The notes beneath the pieces were generated by a model. It worked only from the letters and a program-made list of their open reading frames with translations. It ran no database searches and was not told where the DNA came from. From an uncultured bacterium (GTDB lineage Bacteria; Verrucomicrobiota; Verrucomicrobiia; Limisphaerales; UBA8199), in the NCBI GenBank assembly GCA_963749495.1, contig CAVVMW010000014.1:352001-416000 (forward strand): 64,000 bases of DNA. Direction: 5' to 3'. A program made the position numbers and the translations under genes. Numbering within the stretch: position 1 is the first letter of the stretch; each line of letters opens with the position of its first letter. Positions 21,401-31,329 of this stretch are shown here, piece after piece.

Positions 21401-22357
21401 TCTTACTGCCGCCTCTTCGATGACCAGGTCCCCGCCGCGGGCCCCTCCAATGAGCGTCGCCCGCACGCCCACGGGCAGCGTGGCGTTGAGCGGGATGTGC
21501 CCGAAGGGCAGGCCCATGACCACGGGGACCCCGAGCGGGCGCAACCGCTCTGCGAACACGTCCTCGATGGTCTGGCGGTATTCCTTGCACTTCCGCGCCT
21601 TCGGGTCCTTGCAGCCTCGGTTGACGCCGATGGCAATGCCGGCCACCTGCTGCAAAAGACCCGCGTTGAGCAACTGGGTCAACATGCGGTCGAAGCAATA
21701 TGGGGCCTCGTTGAGGTCTTCGAAGAAAAAGATCTTGTTCCTGAATGAGGGCAGCCAGGCCGTGCCCACGGTGGCGCAGATGAGGCAGAGGTTGCCGCCG
21801 AGCAACGGCCCGGAGGCCTTCCCGGGCCGCAGGACCGAGACCGTTCGCCCCGGGTAGCCCTGGCAAATGCTCCCGGCGGGCGCGGGCTGCATGAGGGTCC
21901 TCGTGAAGCTCCGCCACGTGAAGTCCGGGAAGCTGTCCTTGATGAAATCCGAGTTGAGCATCGGGCCGTGAAAGGAGACGAGATTCGATTTCCTCAGCAG
22001 CGCCCAATGCAGGGAGGTGATGTCGCTGTATCCGATGAAGATCTTGGGGTGGACGCGGATGGCATTGAAATCGAGGAGAGACAGGAGCCGGGAGGAGCCG
22101 TAGCCGCCGCGCATCGAGACGATGGCCTTCACCTTGGGATCGGTGAACAGTCTCATGAGGTCGCCTGCGCGCTCGCGGTCTGTGCCGGCCAGGAAACCCC
22201 GGCGCTTGCGCACGTGGGGTGCGAGTTTGACCCGGAAGCCGAGCCGCTCCAGGACCGCGACCGAGCGGTCGATGGCCTTTGGGTCGGGCGGGGCGCTGGC
22301 CGGCGCCGCCACCCCGATAGTGTCTCCGTATTCCAGGCGGCCGGGGATAAGTGGCAT
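21398..22357 (-). CDS. LD-carboxypeptidase (peptidase S66)
   Basis: RGGYGS, FIGYSDITSL, HGPM, LLGGNL, FFEDLNE, FGH. Confidence 0.93.
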   Translation of the reverse strand: MPLIPGRLEYGDTIGVAAPASAPPDPKAIDRSVAVLERLGFRVKLAPHVRKRRGFLAGTDRERAGDLMRLFTDPKVKAIVSMRGGYGSSRLLSLLDFNAIRVHPKIFIGYSDITSLHWALLRKSNLVSFHGPMLNSDFIKDSFPDFTWRSFTRTLMQPAPAGSICQGYPGRTVSVLRPGKASGPLLGGNLCLICATVGTAWLPSFRNKIFFFEDLNEAPYCFDRMLTQLLNAGLLQQVAGIAIGVNRGCKDPKARKCKEYRQTIEDVFAERLRPLGVPVVMGLPFGHIPLNATLPVGVRATLIGGARGGDLVIEEAAVR

Positions 22358-22499
22358 GGCGGCTTGTAACTGTTCAGGTCGCGCACAGGAGCGCGGACGC
22401 CCCGTCCGCGCGTCTATCACCGCCAGAGCCGCGCGGACGAGGCGTCCGCGCTCCTATCCAACGGCACTGTTGACCCCAACCTGATGAGTCATGACGGCT

Positions 22500-22829
22500 T
22501 TAGGTCTGGCTCTGGGGCTCTGCCGGGGCCGGGGGCGGGGGCGGCGGCGCCGGGGCCGGTGGCGGAGCCGGGGGCGGGGTAGCTGAGGGTGTGGGGAGTT
22601 CGGCGGCCGGGGCAGGGCTCGCGACCGACGCGGGCGGGGCAACCGGGGCGGGCACGGCGGCCGGGGCGGGCGCGGCAACCGGGGCGGGCACGGCGGCCGG
22701 GGCGGGGGCCGCGGCGGGTGCGGGAGCAGGGGCTGGCGCGGGGGCCTTGGCTTTGGAGGCCACTCTTGTTCGTTTGATGTAGCGCTGACGGCGTTGGCGC
22801 TTCTCAACCTTGTTGGACTGCTTGCTCAT
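22500..22829 (-). CDS. Small protein with a basic N-terminus and Pro/Ala-rich tail
   Basis: MSKQSNKVEKRQRRQRYIKR followed by APAP repeats. Confidence 0.6.
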   Translation of the reverse strand: MSKQSNKVEKRQRRQRYIKRTRVASKAKAPAPAPAPAPAAAPAPAAVPAPVAAPAPAAVPAPVAPPASVASPAPAAELPTPSATPPPAPPPAPAPPPPPPAPAEPQSQT

Positions 22830-22873
22830 ATCTGTCTTTACTTTAGCGTCGTTTTAAGATTGTTTAGCGCACT

Positions 22874-23428
22874 ATGATGATTCGGTGGAATGGATTCAAT
22901 GTCTATTTGCTGTCGGCATTGGCATTGGCGATGGTCCAAATGTGCGGCTGCCGCAGTCCCGAGGGCAGGCGCGCCAAGGCCCTGAGCACCTTCCGGGTCT
23001 TTCTGGAGGCCAACCGCGACACCTCTGGGGCCCAGCCCATCTCCGTGTTCCGGGACAACCCCCAGACGGTCAACATCGAACGGGAGTCGTTTCTGAGCGA
23101 AGGCAATGTCTCCGAGGCGCGGATCACGGAGGCCGTAGGCGGTTTTGCGTTGCGCATCCGCCTGGATCGGCGCGGCACCTGGCTGCTGGAACAAGCCACC
23201 GTGGCCAACCACGGCAAGCACATGGTCATCTTCAGCCAATTCGCCAGCCCTACCCTGCCTAAACTCAACGAAAGCCGCTGGCTGGCCGCCGTGCTCATTT
23301 CCAACCGCATCTCGGATGGAGTGCTGCTCTTCACGGCCGATGCCAGCCGCGAAGAGGCCGCCCAGATCGTCGTCGGCCTCAACAACGCCGCCAGGAAAGC
23401 CGGCAACACCCCCGGCAAGCAGCAATGA
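22874..23428 (+). CDS. Probable lipoprotein, SecD/SecF P1-head-like domain
   Basis: Hydrophobic leader ending CGC; FLSEGNV..A, G...LEQAT..N.GK...I, SREEA..IV.GLN. Confidence 0.55.
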   Translation: MMIRWNGFNVYLLSALALAMVQMCGCRSPEGRRAKALSTFRVFLEANRDTSGAQPISVFRDNPQTVNIERESFLSEGNVSEARITEAVGGFALRIRLDRRGTWLLEQATVANHGKHMVIFSQFASPTLPKLNESRWLAAVLISNRISDGVLLFTADASREEAAQIVVGLNNAARKAGNTPGKQQ

Positions 23429-23477
23429 GGCAACACGGCAATCGGTCAATGACGGCGGAACCGGAGTCCCCGGCGAA

Positions 23478-23623
23478 CCCCTCACCCCCGCCCTCTCCCC
23501 TTCGGAAGGGGAGAGGGAGAAGCGTCGGCAGTCTCTGGGAATTCCGGGTGTCTGCGCTTTCTCAAGCCGCTACCCGGAATTCTCCCTCTCCCCTTCGGAA
23601 GGGGAGAGGGTCGGGGTGAGGGG
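23478..23623. repeat. REP doublet
   Basis: CCCTCACCCC.GCCCTCTCCCCTTCGGAAGGGGAGAGGG ... CCCTCTCCCCTTCGGAAGGGGAGAGGGTCGGGGTGAGGG. Confidence 0.85.
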
Positions 23624-23677
23624 TCTGCCCGGCGTGTCGCCCCCGCCTTCACAGAGGCATCACGCAAGACCTTTTTC

Positions 23678-25072
23678 ATGACATCCGAGTCCCAGGTAGA
23701 GACGAGAGGGCCCGCTGAGGCCCAAGGGGCGTTGCCGCGCAGGTTCGGCCTGCTCCAGGCCACGGCGCTGAACATGTCCACGATGATCGGGGTTGGCCCG
23801 TTCATCACGATCCCGGTGTTGACGGCCTCGATGGGCGGGCCGCAGGCCCTGCTGGGGTGGGTGGCCGGGCTGGTCATTGCCAGCGCCGACGGCCTGGTTT
23901 GGAGCGAGCTGGGCGCGGCCATGCCCGGTTCCGGCGGCTCCTATCTTTACCTGCGCGACGCCTTCGGCCGGCAGGGCCTGGGGCGGGCCATGGCGTTCCT
24001 GTTCATTTGGCAATTCCTGCTCAGCGGCCCGCTGGAGATCGCCTCGGGATACATCGGCTTCGCACAATACGCCCGCTACCTCTGGCCGGCGATGACTCCA
24101 GTGCAGGGACGGCTGCTCATGGCCGGGCTCGGCGTGCTGGTCGTGGCGCTGCTCTACCGCCAAATCACAGCCGTGGGCCGGCTCACCGTCTGGCTGTGGG
24201 CCGGCACGCTCCTGACGGTCGGCGTGGTCGTGGTGAGCGGGCCGTTTCATTTCGACCCGAAGCTCGCGTTCGACTTTCCGCCCGGGGCCTTCACCCTCTC
24301 GCTGGGCTTCTTCATGGGATTGGGCGGGGCGTCCCGCGTGGCAATGTATGATTATCTCGGCTATTATGACATCTGCTACATCGGCGAGGAGGTCAAGGAA
24401 CCCGGCCGAGTGATCCCCCGCTCCATCCTGATCAGCCTGGGTGCCGTGGCCCTGATTTATCTGCTGATGAACCTCGCCATCCTCGGGGTCGTCCCCTGGC
24501 GCGATTTCGTTCCGCGCGCCGGGGCGACGATGCCGGACCCGCCTCCGCCGGTCGTCTCGTGGTTTATCGAAAGGCTCTATGGCGGCGGCGTGGCGAAGGT
24601 CTTTACCATCATGGTGCTCTGGACCGCCCTTGCCAGCCTCTTCGGGCTGGTCCTGGGCTATTCGCGCATTCCTTTTGCCGCGGCGCGGGATGGCAACTTC
24701 TTCAGCGTGTTCGGCCGGGTCCACCCGCGCAAGGACTTCCCGCACGTCTCGCTGCTGCTGATTGGCGGGTTGGCAGTGGTCTGTACGCTCCTGCCGCTCA
24801 TGACCGTCATCGAGGCGCTTCTGGCCATGCGCATCCTCGTCCAGTTCGTGGGCCAGATCGGCGCCCTGGTCTGGCTGCGCCGCCATTCCCCCCAGCTCGA
24901 ACGCCCCTTCCGGATGTGGCTCTATCCCCTGCCCGCCCTGGTGGCCCTGGCCGGATGGGCCTTCCTGTTCGCGACCAGCGGACCCATCACCATCCTGGGC
25001 TCCCTGGCCATCCTGGCCGTTGGACTCGTGTTCTACCTGCTCTGGTCAAGGGGCGCCGCGGCCAGGAGGTAG
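23678..25072 (+). CDS. APC family amino acid permease
   Basis: MIGVGPFIT, WSELGAAMPGSGGSY.YL, YDYLGY, GEEVKEP.R.IPRSI, RPFRMWLYP. Confidence 0.92.
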   Translation: MTSESQVETRGPAEAQGALPRRFGLLQATALNMSTMIGVGPFITIPVLTASMGGPQALLGWVAGLVIASADGLVWSELGAAMPGSGGSYLYLRDAFGRQGLGRAMAFLFIWQFLLSGPLEIASGYIGFAQYARYLWPAMTPVQGRLLMAGLGVLVVALLYRQITAVGRLTVWLWAGTLLTVGVVVVSGPFHFDPKLAFDFPPGAFTLSLGFFMGLGGASRVAMYDYLGYYDICYIGEEVKEPGRVIPRSILISLGAVALIYLLMNLAILGVVPWRDFVPRAGATMPDPPPPVVSWFIERLYGGGVAKVFTIMVLWTALASLFGLVLGYSRIPFAAARDGNFFSVFGRVHPRKDFPHVSLLLIGGLAVVCTLLPLMTVIEALLAMRILVQFVGQIGALVWLRRHSPQLERPFRMWLYPLPALVALAGWAFLFATSGPITILGSLAILAVGLVFYLLWSRGAAARR

Positions 25073-25156
25073 GGCGCCGGAGCGGCTGGCAAAAAATGTT
25101 TGGCGCAACAAGGCGGTGGGTGTAGCGCCTTCTTCCACGAGCGCCGCGAGTCCGGA

Positions 25157-25237
25157 CCTTTGTCGCAACCTTTGTCGCAACCTTTGTCGGGTTGGCCATG
25201 CCTCGACAAAGGTTGCGACAAAGGTTGCGACAAAGGT
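25157..25237. repeat. Core of the CCTTTGTCG 12-bp repeat palindrome, without the MITE termini
   Basis: 3x CCTTTGTCG facing 3x CGACAAAGG. Confidence 0.8.
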
Positions 25238-25373
25238 CTCGGATCGGAGCTTCCAGGTGGATTGTGCCAGCCGCTCTAAAGGACACCCAGAGGATTCTGC
25301 TTTCATCAGGCGGGCGGGCGATGTATAAGCGGAACCACATGAAACTGTTATCTGCCGGCAAAGATCCGAGCCT

Positions 25374-25850
25374 ATGAAGATCTCCTTCAACCTCAACGGC
25401 AAGCCCGTCAGCCTGGACGTGGATGGGCAGCGCCCGTTGCTGTGGGTGCTGCGGAGCGACCTGGGGCTGACGGGGACAAAATTCGGGTGCGGGGAAGGCC
25501 ACTGCGGCTCCTGCACGGTCCTGCTCGACAAGGTGGCCGTGCGCTCCTGCCTCCTCAAGGCCAAGGACGCCGCCGACAAAGCGCTCGTCACCATCGAGGG
25601 CCTGGCCGCCAACGGGAAGCTCCACCCGCTGCAGCGGGCCTTCATCGCGCACGACGCGATGCAATGCGGCTACTGCACCCCGGGGATGCTCCTGACCGCC
25701 TGCGCATTGCTGGCCGCCAATCCTACCCCCTCTCGCCCTGAGATCATCCGCGCCCTGGACCAGAACCTCTGCCGTTGCGGCGCCCATACCCGCATCCTCG
25801 ATGCCGTCCAGAGCGCCGCCGCCCAACTCAAAGGAGCCCAACCGCTATGA
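25374..25850 (+). CDS. (2Fe-2S)-binding small subunit (IorA/CoxS-like)
   Basis: GTKFGCGEGHCGSCTV, QCGYCTPG, NLCRCG. Confidence 0.95.
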   Translation: MKISFNLNGKPVSLDVDGQRPLLWVLRSDLGLTGTKFGCGEGHCGSCTVLLDKVAVRSCLLKAKDAADKALVTIEGLAANGKLHPLQRAFIAHDAMQCGYCTPGMLLTACALLAANPTPSRPEIIRALDQNLCRCGAHTRILDAVQSAAAQLKGAQPL

Positions 25851-28063
25851 ACCACCAAGACATCCAGGCACTGGATTTCCAGGACCGGGCGCCTGTCGCG
25901 GCCCCGACAGCGCGCAGGCAGGATGCCTGTGCCACACCGGCCCCGACACCGGGCAACCGGCGCGAATTCCTCAAGCAGTTCGGCGCCGGCATCATCATCT
26001 TTGTGTCGCTGGGCGATCTCGACCTCGGTTTGGCGGCGCAGGCCGCCCGCCAGCGCGGCGGGCGCGGCGGCGGCTTGCCAGCCGACTTCAACGCCTTCCT
26101 CAAGATTGGCGAAGATGGGCGGGTCACATGCTTCACGGGCAAGATCGAGATGGGCCAGGGACCGATCACCTCGCTGCCGCAGATGCTGGCGGAGGAGTTG
26201 GAGACGCCCATCGAGACGGTGGATATCGTCATGGGCGACACCGACCGATGCCCCTGGGACATGGGCACGTTTGGCTCGATGACGACCCCCGTTTTCGGCC
26301 CGGCCTTGCAGCGGGCAGCCGCCCAGGCAAAGGCCGTCCTGCTCGAACTGGCGGCCGACTCCCTCAAGCTGCCCCAGTCCCAACTGGCGGTCAAAGACGG
26401 CGTCATCTTCGATCAGCAGAACAAGGAGCACCGGGTCACCTACGGCCAATTGGCCAAAGGCCGGCGAATCGAGCGGCGCCTGGAGGGCAAGGAGGTGCTC
26501 AAGGCCGTCTCCGAATACAAAATCATCGGCAAGCCGATGTTGCGCCGTGACGCCGAAGTCAAGGTCACCGGCCAGGCGCAGTTCGCGGGTGACATGCGGC
26601 TGCCCGGCATGCTCTATGCCCGGCTGGTAAGGCCGCCTGCCCATGGCGCCAAACTCCGAAGCGCCGACCTGGATGCCTGCAAACAACTGCCCGGCGTGCA
26701 GGTGATCCAGGAGGATGACCTGGTGGCCGTGTTGCACGAATTGCCCGACGTGGCCGAGGCGGCGCTGGAGAAGGTCAAGGCCCAGTTTGATGTGCCCGAA
26801 GCCAAGGTGGACGACCAGAACATCTTCGAGCACCTCGAGAAAGTCGCGCCCGGGCCGAGCGTCCTGGCCCACGGCGGCGACCTCGACGAAGGCCGGAAAC
26901 TGGCCGCCAAGACCTTCCAGCGGACCTACCTGGACAGCTATGTCGCCCATGCAACCATCGAAACCCACACCGCCCTGGCCAGCATAGAGGGCGAGAAGGC
27001 GACCGTTTGGGCCTCGACCCAGAACCCGTTCGGCGCCCAGCGGGAGATAGCACAGGCCCTCGGGTTCTCGCCGCAGAATGTCCGGGTCATCGCCCCGTTC
27101 GTCGGCGGCGGTTTTGGCGGCAAGACGCAAAATTCCCAGGCCGTCGAGGCTGCCCGCCTCGCCAAGCTCGTCGGCAAACCCGTCCAGGTCTGCCGCACGC
27201 GCCAGGAGGAGTTCTTCTACGACACCTTCCGCCCGGCGGCCATTATCAAGCTGGATTCGGGCATCGACAGCGCCGGCAAGATCACTTTCTGGGACTACGA
27301 GGTCTTTTACGCCGGCTCCAGGGGCGCCGGCCAGTTCTATGCCGTGCCTCACCACCGCACGACCGCGCGCGGCGCCGGCTGGACCGGCCCGCCCGGCTCG
27401 CACCCCTTCGCCACGGGCGCCTGGCGCGCCCCGGGCAACAGCTCCAACACCTTCGCCCGCGAATCGCAGATCGATCTCATGGCCGCCGCAGCGGGCATCG
27501 ACCCGGTCGAGTTCCGCCTCAACAACCTGGCCGACAAGAGAATGATCCGCGCGCTCAAGGCCGCTGCGGAACGTTTCGGCTGGACTCCCGCCAAGGCCCC
27601 CAGCAAACGCGGCTACGGCGTCGCCTGCGGAACCGACGCGGGAGCCTGCGTCGCCGCCATCGCCGAAGTCGCCGTGGATGCCGCAAAAGGGGCTGTCCAG
27701 GTCAAACGCGTGGTGTACGGCGTGGACCTGGGCCTGGTAGTCAACCCCGAGGGCGCCAGGCTCCAGATCGAGGGGTCCATCACCATGGGCATGGGATACG
27801 CCCTCACCGAGCAGGTCCATTTCAAAGGCGGCCAGGTCCTCGATACCGGGTTCGACACTTACGAGTTGCCTCGCTTTTCCTGGGTCCCCGGGATCGAAAT
27901 CGTGCTCATTGACGCAAAAGAGACTCCCCCGCAGGGCGGGGGCGAACCGGCCATCATCCTCATGGGCGCCCTCATCGCCAACGCCATCCACGACGCCACC
28001 GGCGCCCGCCTGCTGCGCATGCCCATGACCCGCGAACGAGTCAAGCTGGCATTGGCAGGGTGA
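25847..28063 (+). CDS. Molybdopterin oxidoreductase large subunit (IorB/xanthine dehydrogenase family), Tat-type leader
   Basis: NRREFLK, EMGQG, AEELE, VGGGFGGK, WRAPG, GGGEP, ANAIHDATG.R. Confidence 0.93.
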   Translation: MNHQDIQALDFQDRAPVAAPTARRQDACATPAPTPGNRREFLKQFGAGIIIFVSLGDLDLGLAAQAARQRGGRGGGLPADFNAFLKIGEDGRVTCFTGKIEMGQGPITSLPQMLAEELETPIETVDIVMGDTDRCPWDMGTFGSMTTPVFGPALQRAAAQAKAVLLELAADSLKLPQSQLAVKDGVIFDQQNKEHRVTYGQLAKGRRIERRLEGKEVLKAVSEYKIIGKPMLRRDAEVKVTGQAQFAGDMRLPGMLYARLVRPPAHGAKLRSADLDACKQLPGVQVIQEDDLVAVLHELPDVAEAALEKVKAQFDVPEAKVDDQNIFEHLEKVAPGPSVLAHGGDLDEGRKLAAKTFQRTYLDSYVAHATIETHTALASIEGEKATVWASTQNPFGAQREIAQALGFSPQNVRVIAPFVGGGFGGKTQNSQAVEAARLAKLVGKPVQVCRTRQEEFFYDTFRPAAIIKLDSGIDSAGKITFWDYEVFYAGSRGAGQFYAVPHHRTTARGAGWTGPPGSHPFATGAWRAPGNSSNTFARESQIDLMAAAAGIDPVEFRLNNLADKRMIRALKAAAERFGWTPAKAPSKRGYGVACGTDAGACVAAIAEVAVDAAKGAVQVKRVVYGVDLGLVVNPEGARLQIEGSITMGMGYALTEQVHFKGGQVLDTGFDTYELPRFSWVPGIEIVLIDAKETPPQGGGEPAIILMGALIANAIHDATGARLLRMPMTRERVKLALAG

Positions 28064-28095
28064 TCCCTCTTCAATCCAATGGACAGGAGTCACCC

Positions 28096-28236
28096 GAATG
28101 ACGAATGACGAATGACGAATGACGAATGACGAATGACGAATGACGAATGACGAATGACGAATGACGAATGACGAAACTGCACACCGATCCACCGATTTTG
28201 CCATTCGTCATTCGTCATTCGTCATTCGTCATTCGT
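28096..28236. repeat. Inverted heptamer arrays (GAATGAC)11 ... (CATTCGT)5 between convergent genes
   Basis: Counted directly in the sequence; the obgE stop codon lies in the right array. Confidence 0.95.
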
Positions 28237-29416
28237 TATTCACGCTTCCCGCCTCTTGGACTTCCTGGCGGATGCGCTGCTTGAAGTCCTCGATGCCCTC
28301 GTCGAAGGCGGCGGCCATGGGCATGACACCGGTCTTGGGGATGCGGCGCTTGAATTTCCTGAGGTTTTCGGCGCCGACCGGCTCGTCCATCTTGTTGGCC
28401 ACGACGAGGCGGGGTTTTTGCACCAGGCCCGGATCGTAAAGTTCGAGCTCGGCGAGCAGGTTTCTGTAGTCGTCCCAGGGCGCGCGCCCATCGGCGCCGG
28501 CCATGTCGAGCAGGAGCACCAGCACCTGGCAGCGTTCGATGTGGCGGAGGAACTTGTGGCCCAGGCCCACGTTGCGATGGGCGCCCTCGATGAGGCCCGG
28601 CACGTCGCAGACCGTCAGCCGGTGCAAATCGGGATATTCGACGATCCCGATCTGCGGGTGGAGCGTCGTGAAGGGATAAGGGGCGACCTTGGGGCGGGCG
28701 CGGGAGATGGCGGTCAGGAGGGTCGATTTGCCGGCGTTGGGATAGCCCACCAGGCCGACCTGTGCGATGATGCGCAATTCGAGCAGGAACTCCCCTTCCT
28801 GCCCCGGTTCGCCCGGCTGGGCGAAGCGCGGGGCCTGGCGGGCAGACGTGGCGAAGTTGCGATTGCCCAGCCCGCCGCGCCCCCCGCGGCACAGCACAAA
28901 CCGCTGGCCGTCCGCCGTGAGATCGGCCACCAACTCGCCCTGGGCCCGCGGGCCGGGCGCGGAGAGTTCCTGTGCCGGTTCCGAGGCCAAGTCCACCTCG
29001 CGGGCGCGTGCGCCGGCAGTGGTGCGGAAGGTGGGGCGGCCCGTCGAGGCCAGCGGCAGCTCCGCTCGGCCTTCAACCGGCCCGGACAGCCCGGCCCCGG
29101 CCGTGGCCCCCTCCCCCGGACTCAAGCCCCAAACCAGAGTGCCGCAGGGCACCTTGACCATCAGGTCCGGGCCCGCGTGGCCGTCCATCCCCTTGCCTAG
29201 CCCCATCTGGCCGTCCGGCGCCAGCAGACGCGCCTGGTAGTACTGGGCGATCAAATTGTTCAGGTCATGGTCCGCCTCCAGCACCACGTCGCCCCCGCGT
29301 CCGCCGTTGCCGCCGCTCGGACCGCCTTTGGGCCGGAACTTCTCCCGCTGAAACGCCACGCAGCCTTTGCCGCCATGGCCCGCCCGCGCGTAAATCTTGA
29401 TCTCGTCGATGAACAT
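28229..29416 (-). CDS. obgE: GTPase Obg/CgtA
   Basis: MFIDE...GHGG.G, GGPSGGNGGRGG, GLVGYPNAGKST, YPFTTL.P, DVPG, NKMD. Confidence 0.97.
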   Translation of the reverse strand: MFIDEIKIYARAGHGGKGCVAFQREKFRPKGGPSGGNGGRGGDVVLEADHDLNNLIAQYYQARLLAPDGQMGLGKGMDGHAGPDLMVKVPCGTLVWGLSPGEGATAGAGLSGPVEGRAELPLASTGRPTFRTTAGARAREVDLASEPAQELSAPGPRAQGELVADLTADGQRFVLCRGGRGGLGNRNFATSARQAPRFAQPGEPGQEGEFLLELRIIAQVGLVGYPNAGKSTLLTAISRARPKVAPYPFTTLHPQIGIVEYPDLHRLTVCDVPGLIEGAHRNVGLGHKFLRHIERCQVLVLLLDMAGADGRAPWDDYRNLLAELELYDPGLVQKPRLVVANKMDEPVGAENLRKFKRRIPKTGVMPMAAAFDEGIEDFKQRIRQEVQEAGSVNNE

Positions 29417-29439
29417 TTGAAAATGAGTACCTGTTCAGG

Positions 29440-29555
29440 TGTGGGGCAGACCTCCCGGCCTGCCGGTTCACGGAGCCTCCGGCTCCGTGTGCTTGGCCTG
29501 CGCAAGACTCGGGGCCAGAGGCCCCTCTAACCGGCAGACCAGAGGTCTGCCCCAC
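29440..29555. repeat. REP doublet between rpmA and obgE
   Basis: GTGGGGCAGACCTC..TGCCGGTT / AACCGGCA..GAGGTCTGCCCCAC. Confidence 0.8.
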
Positions 29556-29614
29556 AGTTGCGAAAACGAAAACGGCGAGGCCGGGGCCTCGCCGCTCCAG
29601 AATTGCCTGTCCGC

Positions 29615-29878
29615 TCAACTGGTCGCCGGAAAGGGTGCCGCCACGATGTTCACGCGGTGGCTGTCCTTGTCGAACGCCACCTTGCCGTCCACCAGCGCGA
29701 AGAGCGTCCAGTCGCGGCCGGTGCCGACATTCTGGCCGGCGATGAATTTGGTGCCGCGCTGCCGGACCAGGATGCTGCCGGCGGTGACGAATTGGCCGCC
29801 GAACCGCTTGACGCCCAGGCGCTTGCTGACGCTGTCGCGGCCGTTGCGGACGCTGCCTTGACCTTTCTTATGTGCCAT
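29615..29878 (-). CDS. rpmA: 50S ribosomal protein L27
   Basis: [31 protein letters not shown]. Confidence 0.98.
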   Translation of the reverse strand: MAHKKGQGSVRNGRDSVSKRLGVKRFGGQFVTAGSILVRQRGTKFIAGQNVGTGRDWTLFALVDGKVAFDKDSHRVNIVAAPFPATS

Positions 29879-29961
29879 AAACCTGAATCAACCTTCCTTG
29901 CTTGCCCGGCCGCGGCCCGAGGCCGGCCTCAGTGCCGGCCTCGGGCCTCGGGCCGAAGCGA

Positions 29962-30276
29962 TTAAACTTTGATTTCTTTTATTTTCACCACCGTCAACTC
30001 CTGACGGTGCCCAATCGTCTTATGATAGCCTTTGCGGCGTTTCATCTTGAACGTGACCTTTTTGTCGCCGCGGATGTGCTCGAGCACGTCCGCCACGACC
30101 GTGGCGCTGGCCACCGTGGGCGAGCCCACGGCGACGTTGCCGTCGTTGTTGACCAGCAGGACGCGGTCAAAAACCACCGGCTCCCCAGCCTTGACGGCCA
30201 GGCGCTCCACCTCCAGGGTGTCACCCGCGGTCACTCGATACTGCTTGCTGCCTGTTTCTAAAATGCAATAGGTCAC
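29962..30276 (-). CDS. rplU: 50S ribosomal protein L21 (atypical N-terminus, GTG start)
   Basis: ETGSKQYRV, FKMKRRKGYHKTIGHRQ; 104 aa from the GTG at 30276. Confidence 0.93.
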   Translation of the reverse strand: MTYCILETGSKQYRVTAGDTLEVERLAVKAGEPVVFDRVLLVNNDGNVAVGSPTVASATVVADVLEHIRGDKKVTFKMKRRKGYHKTIGHRQELTVVKIKEIKV

Positions 30277-30301
30277 AATAAAAATCCCGTTCTTCGGGAG
30301 T

Positions 30302-31325
30302 GTGAAAAATACGAAAGAGACAGACAATTGCAACCAAAAAAACGTAAACGTTTACGCCTACTCTCGGTGGTCGAGCGACGCCCAACGGGACGGCGATTCA
30401 GACCGCCCTCAAGATGCCATGGCTCAGGCGTGGTGTCAAAGACGCGGGCTCGTTCTGACTGGCCGGGAAAAGGACGACGGGGTCAGCGCGTGGAATGGCC
30501 TGAATCGTGCGCCGGGCACTGGTCTCGACCGGCTCCTGAAAATCGTGAAGGCGGGCGACTATCTGCTCATCGAAGATTGCGACCGCCTGTCCAGGCAAGA
30601 CTGGCTCACGGCCATGAACTTCATCGCCGAAATCGTGGCCAAAGGCGTTATCGTCGTGACGCTCTCCAACGGGAACGAAATTGACGCCGAGAGGTTCCGC
30701 ACCGACCCCGGCTGCTTCCTGCCCGCCGTCCTGCGGGCGCACCTGGGGCACGATGAAAATGAAAAGAAGTCCAAGCGCATCAAAGAGTCCTGGGCCGCGA
30801 GGAAGGCGGGCATGGCCAAGGGCCAGGCCGCGAACTTCCACCTGCCCTGTTGGTTGGGCTGGGACGAGAAGAACGACAAGCCGGTCGTGGTCGAGAACAA
30901 TGCCAAAATCATCCGGGAGATGTTCCGGCTGGCGCACGCTGGGCTCGGCTGCCAGACCATAAGCCGCAGGCTCCGCCGCGAGGGCTGGAAGTTGATGGCC
31001 GACGACCGGCGCCTGGAAATCGGCACGAGTTACGTCTGGCGGACGCTTCGAAACAAACTCGTCATCGGCTGGAGCCCGTACGTGGACCCTCCAGTGCCGG
31101 GCGTTTACCCGGCTATCGTGGACGAGCAGACCTTTTACGCCGTTCAGGCGAAGATCGACCGGAACAAGAAACTGACGACCCCGCGCAAGAGCCTGGGCAC
31201 GAATCTGTTTACGGGCCTGCTGTACTGTTCCAAGTGCGGAGGCCGGCTGAGCCTTTTCAGCCAGTATCGGAACGCCAAAATTTACAGGTGCGTCGTGTGC
31301 AGCGACAGCCTGCACAAGAGCTGCA
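30302..31325 (+). pseudogene. Large serine recombinase/integrase, truncated after the Zn ribbon
   Basis: YAYSRWSS..Q..GDS catalytic motif, D.GVSA, LLIE..DRLSR, KS.RI, YPAIVD..TF..VQ, NLFTGLLYCSKCGG; coiled-coil C-terminus missing. Confidence 0.88.
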
Positions 31326-31329
31326 TGTG

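Noticed and set aside
29962..30333. 123-aa N-terminally extended L21
   Set aside because: The extension overlaps the recombinase start. The GTG at 30276 gives the normal 104-aa length.
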